Origin: a virus
Length of the DNA: 64,000 bases
UHGV virus genome: UHGV-1373362
Direction: 5' to 3' (one strand)
Shown: positions 57,998 to 64,000 of the stretch, one piece after another
How the letters are laid out: the number at the start of each line of letters is the position of its first letter
Numbering within the stretch: position 1 is the stretch's first letter
The notes under the pieces: model-generated
Told to the model about the DNA's origin: nothing
The model's database searches: none
The model's input: the letters and a program-made list of their open reading frames with translations, nothing else
Program-made: the position numbers and the translations under genes

Positions 57998-59415
57998 CTT
58001 TTTACAGTAAATTTAAGGATGTATTATCCAAAAAATCAGGAGCTTCAAAAGTAAACAAGGTAAAGCTAGCTGATGAACAGTTAGAGGCCTTACAAAGAAT
58101 GGAGCATTTTCTTGATGATAAAGAGCCAGTACTGGTTCTACAAGGGTTTGCTGGAACTGGTAAAACTAGTATCCTTAATGAGTACATTCAGTACTTGGAT
58201 TCTATAGACTATAACTTTGTATTGTGTGCACCAACTCATAAGGCAAAGCTAGTTATGGAAGAGGTAACTGAATATCCAGCTATCACTGTTCACAAATTGC
58301 TATCATTAGCTCCTAATATTGAGATATTTAATCTCGATTACAAGGACTTAAAGTTTTATTCCAGTGGTATGAGTGAGATACCGGATGAAGGTATTGTCAT
58401 TATTGATGAGGCATCTATGATTAATGATGAGATTTACAAACTCTTACTAGACATGTGCAGAAGGTTTGGAACAAAATTATTATTCATAGGTGATAAAGCT
58501 CAAATTCAGCCTGTATGTAGTAAAACTACAAGTCTAGTATTTGACTGTTCCAATATTATAACTCTAACCAAAATCCATAGACAAGCTGATACTAATGGGT
58601 TACTCCCATTGCTATCTAAATTGAGAGAGAAACCTATGAGAAGGTTTCAACCTATAGAGGCCCCAGAAGGGTCTCTATTTGTTTATACACAAGCCAAAGA
58701 CTTCATGATGAAGAGTACTGATTTCTTTAGGGAGGCTCTAAAACATCAGAATGTTAATGAGGTGAAGATGATTGCCTATACTAATGCAAGAGTACAAGGG
58801 TTCAATCAATGTATGCGTAAACTCTTATGGGGCAAGGAAGTTGAGAATGAATACAATCAGTTTGAGTTTTTAACTGGATATGAGAATTTTGAATTCAACA
58901 ATGCTCAGTTTTATAACTCACTTGATTATGTTATCACTAGTCCTCCTAAAGGGATAGACAAACATATACCTCACTTTATGAAGTTACCTGGCTATGAGTT
59001 AGAACTATTTGATACTGTTTATAAGAAATTACTTAATGTATTTATATTACGTAAAGACATTGAACAGGACTATATAAACAGTTTAGCCTCACAAATTGAA
59101 GACGTTAGAATCTCAGCTATTGAGGCTAAAAGGAACGGTAACAGAACTAGGTCTATATATCTATGGAAGCAGTATTTCGAAACGGTAAAGAGTTTTGGAA
59201 CTCCCAAAGATATAATGTGGGATAATCGAGTTATTAAGAAAAAAACCTTCGATTACGGCTATGCTTCTACTATACATAAGATTCAGGGTAGTTCTCTGAA
59301 AACTGTATTTGTAGATATGGCTAATGTCATGGTTTGTAAGAACATAGATGAGATAAGACAGATGCAGTATGTATCTCTATCGAGAACTAAAACAGATGCA
59401 CATATACTAGTTTAA
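57988..59415 (+). CDS. SF1 Dda/RecD-like DNA helicase
   Basis: Walker A GFAGTGKTS, Walker B VIIDEASM, and C-terminal motif STIHKIQGSS. 475 aa. Confidence 0.8.
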   Translation: MEMTFYSKFKDVLSKKSGASKVNKVKLADEQLEALQRMEHFLDDKEPVLVLQGFAGTGKTSILNEYIQYLDSIDYNFVLCAPTHKAKLVMEEVTEYPAITVHKLLSLAPNIEIFNLDYKDLKFYSSGMSEIPDEGIVIIDEASMINDEIYKLLLDMCRRFGTKLLFIGDKAQIQPVCSKTTSLVFDCSNIITLTKIHRQADTNGLLPLLSKLREKPMRRFQPIEAPEGSLFVYTQAKDFMMKSTDFFREALKHQNVNEVKMIAYTNARVQGFNQCMRKLLWGKEVENEYNQFEFLTGYENFEFNNAQFYNSLDYVITSPPKGIDKHIPHFMKLPGYELELFDTVYKKLLNVFILRKDIEQDYINSLASQIEDVRISAIEAKRNGNRTRSIYLWKQYFETVKSFGTPKDIMWDNRVIKKKTFDYGYASTIHKIQGSSLKTVFVDMANVMVCKNIDEIRQMQYVSLSRTKTDAHILV

Positions 59416-59426
59416 AAACTTAGTAA

Positions 59427-59705
59427 ATGACAATCAAGGTAGTAATTAATGATTCTTGTATAAATCTTAAGGATGAACTCTTGCCACTATTAGAAGGTAA
59501 GTTTTCTGATATGGACGTTGAGGTTTACAATGAAGATTTTTATAAAGATAGGAAGAAAGCTATTATGGTAAAGGCATCATGTGGAACAAAATTAGTTCCA
59601 TTTGTAGCTATTTATGATAAAGAGCTTAGAAAAGCGTTTTACTCTGAAGTTGGAGAATGTACTGTTAATAATATTTTAAAGTATCTAAAATGTCTAAAGT
59701 TTTAA
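59427..59705 (+). CDS. small thioredoxin-fold-like protein
   Basis: 92 aa. ...KASCGTKLVPFVAIYD resembles the glutaredoxin TVP..FI region, but there is no CxxC. Weak call. Confidence 0.25.
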   Translation: MTIKVVINDSCINLKDELLPLLEGKFSDMDVEVYNEDFYKDRKKAIMVKASCGTKLVPFVAIYDKELRKAFYSEVGECTVNNILKYLKCLKF

Positions 59706-60403
59706 TAGTTCCAGATGTACACGGTAGAACATTTTGGAAATATGCTAAAAATCATGTAGATGAGTTTGACAAAGTAGTTTTCTTGGGGGATTACTTAGAC
59801 CCATATCCGCATGAGCACATATCCTTTGACGATGCAGTTCAGAATTTTAAACAAATTCTAGATTTTAAGAATAAGAATAAGGATAAAGTAGTCCTACTTC
59901 TTGGAAATCATGATATGCATTACTACAATACAGGATTTATGGACTGCTCTAGAATGAATTATGCTAGAAGGGAGGAAATGTATCACTTGTATACAGGATG
60001 GGATTTCTTTAATCTGGCCTATATCTATGATAACTATTTATTCTCACATGCAGGAGTATATACAGAATGGCTAGAAGAAAATGATCTGACTCTTGATGAT
60101 CTTATAGACGACAATGCAATTGAAAGATGTATGCCTGCATTATCAGATGTAAGTTATTGGAGAGGTGGATGCTGTGACGCTGGTAGTTGTATATGGTCTG
60201 ATATTAGAGAATCCTCTAATAGACATCCTGACACAACCTACTATCAAATAGTTGGGCATACTCAACTAGCAGATGAACCATATCGTACCCCTAAGATTGC
60301 ATGTTTGGATGTTCGTAAATGTTTTTTATTAGATACAGAAACTAAAGAGATTACTAGTATTGGTTATAACTCCAACAGTGATGAAAATACAAGTAATAAA
60401 TAA
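59690..60403 (+). CDS. Ser/Thr protein phosphatase family metallophosphoesterase (lambda-PPase/ApaH-like)
   Basis: Motifs VPDVHG, LGDYLDP, LLGNHD. 237 aa. Confidence 0.7.
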   Translation: MSKVLIVPDVHGRTFWKYAKNHVDEFDKVVFLGDYLDPYPHEHISFDDAVQNFKQILDFKNKNKDKVVLLLGNHDMHYYNTGFMDCSRMNYARREEMYHLYTGWDFFNLAYIYDNYLFSHAGVYTEWLEENDLTLDDLIDDNAIERCMPALSDVSYWRGGCCDAGSCIWSDIRESSNRHPDTTYYQIVGHTQLADEPYRTPKIACLDVRKCFLLDTETKEITSIGYNSNSDENTSNK

Positions 60404-60962
60404 ATCTCAATGGGAACTTCCCAAGTATGAAACCTTATTCGCAGCTGGCATGGACGTCAGAGGGGATTTCAGTAGAATTAAGTTAGTAGACAATAAGCCA
60501 GAAAAATTCTTCTTTGATGCTGATGTTGTAGCTATTGGTTTGAGAGAGGATCCCAACAGTAAAGGTGTAGTAGATAAGGAGGGTAATTATACTGGGGAGA
60601 AACTACCTTCCATCCCGACAGCTAAAACTATTGAAATTAAGCCTGGAGGTAGGTGTTTAATTCCTACTGGTCTATTTGTAGCTATCCCACAAGGATATGA
60701 GCTGCAATGTAGAATGAGGAGTGGGTTAGCATTAAAGATGGGGCTTACTCTTACTAATGGAATTGGCACTATCGATGCCGATTATAGGGGTGAGATTGGA
60801 ATCATCTTAACTAATACTTCTAATACTCCTGTTCGTATTAATGATGGTGAAAGACTAATGCAATTAGTTCTTGCTAAGCATGAAGTAGTTGAATGGGAAG
60901 AGGTAGAGATACTTCCTGAAACAGATAGGGGTGAAGAAGGATTCGGACATACTGGTAAATAA
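60381..60962 (+). CDS. dut: dUTP diphosphatase (trimeric dUTPase)
   Basis: Motif I AAGMDV, motif [22 protein letters not shown], and C-terminal Gly-rich motif FGHTGK. Start chosen at the ATG at 60381; the track ORF starts at 60360. Confidence 0.8.
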   Translation: MKIQVINKSQWELPKYETLFAAGMDVRGDFSRIKLVDNKPEKFFFDADVVAIGLREDPNSKGVVDKEGNYTGEKLPSIPTAKTIEIKPGGRCLIPTGLFVAIPQGYELQCRMRSGLALKMGLTLTNGIGTIDADYRGEIGIILTNTSNTPVRINDGERLMQLVLAKHEVVEWEEVEILPETDRGEEGFGHTGK

Positions 60963-60970
60963 GTAAAAAA

Positions 60971-61390
60971 ATGGATATAGTTAATACATCTGGGATAAGC
61001 ACTGCTATTGCTTCTATAAAGCAATTCAATGAGATGGCAGTTACTACAGCCAAGGAACAATTATCTGTTTTGTTAGGCAAGTATTTTAAGAGGGGTAGTA
61101 TTGTATACTTTGTGAGAGGCATAAATATGCACACCTTGAAATTACTTATTGAATATTCAGAGAACTATGAATTTAGAGGTAGATTAGGTTATAGAGAGAC
61201 TTTTAAGGAAGTATCCATACCTGAGTTTATTTCTATGGATGGCATGAAGGAATCTTCTCCTACTGAATACTTAGTTGCGAAGAGGTTATTTATACAAAGG
61301 ATAGATACGTATTACAATATGGACTGCTTGGAATTTGATATAAAGAACTTTTTCAGTAGCCATAACATTTCTGATTATATATTAATATGA
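60971..61390 (+). CDS. hypothetical protein
   Basis: 139-aa ORF. Confidence 0.4.
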   Translation: MDIVNTSGISTAIASIKQFNEMAVTTAKEQLSVLLGKYFKRGSIVYFVRGINMHTLKLLIEYSENYEFRGRLGYRETFKEVSIPEFISMDGMKESSPTEYLVAKRLFIQRIDTYYNMDCLEFDIKNFFSSHNISDYILI

Positions 61391-61584
61391 GAAGGGTGAT
61401 TATTGGTTATATGCACACTGAAGCAGTCGATGCTGAGTTTGAGGAAATCCCATGTGAAAGTCTTTACGTGGCATACAGTGCTTCTGGACCTTTATATGTT
61501 TCCAAGTCGGAGCAGCAGATTAAGGACTACGTGTGTAAAAGTAGAGCTAAGGGTGTTAAGTATAAAAAGGTTACTATTATATGA
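61387..61584 (+). CDS. hypothetical protein
   Basis: 65-aa ORF. Confidence 0.3.
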   Translation: MRRVIIGYMHTEAVDAEFEEIPCESLYVAYSASGPLYVSKSEQQIKDYVCKSRAKGVKYKKVTII

Positions 61585-61799
61585 CCACCAGGCAGGAAAT
61601 ATTACTTCGTTTAGCTTGTGCTGCACTACAGGGAGGAATGTCCATTGACGAGGTGTGTGACAGTATACAAGATATTAAAGGAGATAATGATTCTTCTCTA
61701 TGGGATATTGCTGACATACTTCCATGTGTAGAATTTGATGCAGATATTCCTTCTGAGGAAGATATTGAATTAGTTACTGGCAAAAAGGATTTTTATTAG
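61581..61799 (+). CDS. hypothetical protein
   Basis: 72-aa ORF. Confidence 0.3.
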   Translation: MTTRQEILLRLACAALQGGMSIDEVCDSIQDIKGDNDSSLWDIADILPCVEFDADIPSEEDIELVTGKKDFY

Positions 61800-63004
61800 T
61801 GGATATTTTAGTCAGCAAAGACAATAAGGGCAAAATTAGAGTTGTCAAGATTGACTATGAGTGGGACGATCCTAGGCATGGTTATGTTATAAGGAGAAGT
61901 ACTTCTCAATATGGGGGTAAAATCACCATCCAACCTGAGATATGGGTCTTTAATGGTAAAGTAAAGAGGACTGTTACCGAACAGGTTAAACTAGAATATA
62001 ACTCTCATTTAAAGAAATATCAAGATAAGGGATATAAAATATTACCATCCTCTATTCAGTTGGAGGACAGTAAAGCAGTATCCGACTTCGTTCAAGAACA
62101 TATGGGCGAGGGTGTTTCAGACACTAACGGGTTTAAGAAACATATGCTGGCTAAACAGCATGATAAGGTAGCAACTTCGGTATTTGATAAAATTGAATAC
62201 TGGTATGCTAGTCGTAAAATAGATGGAGTGAGATGTTCATTCTATTGGAAGGATGGAGAAGTTAGAAGTGCTAGTAGGGGTGGTGGAGCATATGACCAGT
62301 CAACTACGCATATAAGACTTCATCCATCTGTGATTTCTTTATTCCAAAAATTTCCAGATCTAGTTTTAGATGGGGAACTTTATAAACATGGAAGATCTTT
62401 ACAACAAATTAGTGGTGCTGCAAGGCTTGAGAAAAACGCAGTAGCATGTGATTGGTTGGAATATTATATTTATGATGTCATGGATAGTTCTAAATCATTC
62501 GAAGAGAGGTTAGAAATACTACATGACGTAGAAGCAGAACTTGGTATAGTTGGGTTTGATCCTAACAGAGAATACAAGGATGACATGCTTAAAGTTCAGT
62601 TAGTTCCACACGAGGAAGTAAAGGGCTGGGCTAATATACAAAAGTTACATAATAAGTATGTAGAGGAGGGGTTTGAGGGTGTTGTGATTAGAGACCCATC
62701 TAAGCCCTATAACTTTGGCGGTAGAACTAATGCTATGATCAAAGTTAAAATGTATCAAGATGCGGAATTTAAAATCGTTGGTTATGAAGATGGGCTGCGT
62801 CCAGAAGACATGGTATTCGTATGTGAGACTGAATTAGGTATTAAGTTTGAAGCTAAACCTATGGGTCCACGTGAATTAAAGTGGGAGTACCTTGATAGAA
62901 TGGATGAAATCATTGGTAAGATGGCTACTGTAAAGTACTTCTATCTTAGCGATGAAGGATGTCCTCTGCAGCCAGTTCTGAAGTGTATTAGGGATTATGA
63001 GTAA
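61799..63004 (+). CDS. ATP-dependent DNA ligase
   Basis: Adenylation motif I KIDGVR, then ligase/OB-fold regions. 401 aa. Confidence 0.8.
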   Translation: MDILVSKDNKGKIRVVKIDYEWDDPRHGYVIRRSTSQYGGKITIQPEIWVFNGKVKRTVTEQVKLEYNSHLKKYQDKGYKILPSSIQLEDSKAVSDFVQEHMGEGVSDTNGFKKHMLAKQHDKVATSVFDKIEYWYASRKIDGVRCSFYWKDGEVRSASRGGGAYDQSTTHIRLHPSVISLFQKFPDLVLDGELYKHGRSLQQISGAARLEKNAVACDWLEYYIYDVMDSSKSFEERLEILHDVEAELGIVGFDPNREYKDDMLKVQLVPHEEVKGWANIQKLHNKYVEEGFEGVVIRDPSKPYNFGGRTNAMIKVKMYQDAEFKIVGYEDGLRPEDMVFVCETELGIKFEAKPMGPRELKWEYLDRMDEIIGKMATVKYFYLSDEGCPLQPVLKCIRDYE

Positions 63005-63242
63005 TTATAAAATACCATATCGTTATGATGTTCATTGGGGTTACATTGACGAGAATATTGAGCTTAATCCAGAGGATTATCTCAGTTATGATGAAGTGTA
63101 TGAACTCAATGATGCAATCTACGATGATATATGGGATAGCTTTAGTGTTGGAGACTTAGAGATAGACCAGGCGGAGATGGACTTTAGTCTGCCTAAAGAA
63201 TTTATTGATGAGTGGAAGAGACTTAAAGGCTATGAAGTATGA
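62997..63242 (+). CDS. hypothetical acidic protein
   Basis: 81-aa ORF. Confidence 0.35.
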   Translation: MSNYKIPYRYDVHWGYIDENIELNPEDYLSYDEVYELNDAIYDDIWDSFSVGDLEIDQAEMDFSLPKEFIDEWKRLKGYEV

Positions 63243-63537
63243 TATTCCTAGTAAGGTTAGAATAGCTAATCACTGGTATAAAGTAATACTATGCGATTTT
63301 ATAGATAATGGAGATACTTTTGGTTCTCATTGCAATTTAAAGCTTGAAATCAAAGTAGCAGAATGTATGAAGACTGATGAAGGAGAAGTGATTAATCTTA
63401 CAGAAGAACAGATTAAGAACTCATTCTGGCATGAGGTATTCCATGCATTTAACTATTACTATAATAATAAGCAAGATGAATCATTAGCACAAACATTCGC
63501 CAACTTTATGCGTGAATTTGAACTTACACGAGAATGA
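63205..63537 (+). CDS. small HExxH-motif protein (putative zinc metallopeptidase-like)
   Basis: WHEVFHAF contains HExxH. 110 aa. Confidence 0.3.
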   Translation: MMSGRDLKAMKYDIPSKVRIANHWYKVILCDFIDNGDTFGSHCNLKLEIKVAECMKTDEGEVINLTEEQIKNSFWHEVFHAFNYYYNNKQDESLAQTFANFMREFELTRE

Positions 63538-63803
63538 ATTATATTGTAATTTCTAAAAGAGGAGGGGTCTTAACACCTCTCTTCTTTACCTATAGGGATG
63601 AATCTGATGTAGTTTATAACGACGATGCATTAATTCGCAACGAAGATGATGTTATTAGAGTGATGATGAGATATTTTAAACCTGATAATGGATTAATGAT
63701 AATAAGGGAAACCTTATTAGACATTGATGCATTAACCGATGACTTATCTATAATCACTGAACAGTTAAAGAAATATCTTGATGAAGAAAGAATCATTTCT
63801 TAA
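63534..63803 (+). CDS. hypothetical protein
   Basis: 89-aa ORF. Confidence 0.35.
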   Translation: MNYIVISKRGGVLTPLFFTYRDESDVVYNDDALIRNEDDVIRVMMRYFKPDNGLMIIRETLLDIDALTDDLSIITEQLKKYLDEERIIS

Positions 63804-64000
63804 ATTGTTAGACCTTATATCAACGATAAATAAGGATGCAGAGAGATTAGGGAAACTTGGTATTGATATTTATGAATGTACTCTTATGGTTGGTACTTCT
63901 GAAATGTTCGATACTATTATGGAACATGTGTATGGATCAGAAGGTTTAGACTGGATATTATGGTGGGTTTATGAAAAATCTGCTAATAACAATTTAAAGG

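Noticed and set aside
1-64000. Alternative genetic code or stop-codon recoding (as in some tRNA-rich megaphages)
   Set aside because: Long ORFs end at TAA, TAG or TGA without obvious read-through extension. No suppressor tRNA (CTA, TTA or TCA anticodon) was found among the tRNAs identified.

Overview
This window reads as an AT-rich, gene-dense stretch of a large (jumbo-type) tailed dsDNA bacteriophage genome. Nearly all credible genes are on the + strand; the minus-strand ORFs in the track overlap + strand genes or tRNAs and look spurious. Stop codons behave normally, so nothing points to recoding. Four things stand out.

1. A very large tRNA gene array spans about 11.3-24.8 kb with at least 25 tRNA genes. 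Their anticodons read Asn, Tyr, Gly, Ala, Ile, Val, Ser x2, Arg x2, Phe, Glu x2, Asp, Thr, Gln, Leu x2, Lys and four CAT tRNAs. Several are non-canonical or degenerate. Small CDSs are interspersed, and a conserved 20-nt motif recurs ahead of tRNA sub-clusters.

2. A roughly 550-nt structured noncoding locus (6913-7457) ends in a tmRNA-like T-arm plus acceptor. It sits upstream of a 582-aa vWA protein that may be Ro60/TROVE-like.

3. An accessory block (26.7-31.7 kb) encodes an SPFH/band-7 protein, two TerD proteins, a TerB-like protein and a SERCA-like P-type Ca2+-ATPase. A vWA protein and a short PurA-like adenylosuccinate synthetase homolog (17.6-19.5 kb) may belong with it. The PurA-like protein is a PurZ (2-aminoadenine pathway) candidate by length.

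4. A replication and nucleotide-metabolism module occupies 38-63 kb. It has an SF2 helicase, a DnaB-like helicase, a RecA-like ATPase, a TOPRIM primase, an Hjc-like resolvase, a radical SAM enzyme, a 5'-deoxynucleotidase, a PD-(D/E)XK nuclease, an Mre11/SbcD-like phosphoesterase, anaerobic RNR NrdD/NrdG, a Dda-like helicase, a lambda-PPase-like phosphatase, dUTPase and an ATP-dependent DNA ligase. A tandem four-gene paralog family sits at 44.8-46.8 kb.

The anaerobic RNR and TAnnTTTG-type promoter motifs suggest an anaerobic Bacteroidetes-like host. Every function below is inferred from motifs read by eye; none was checked against a database.
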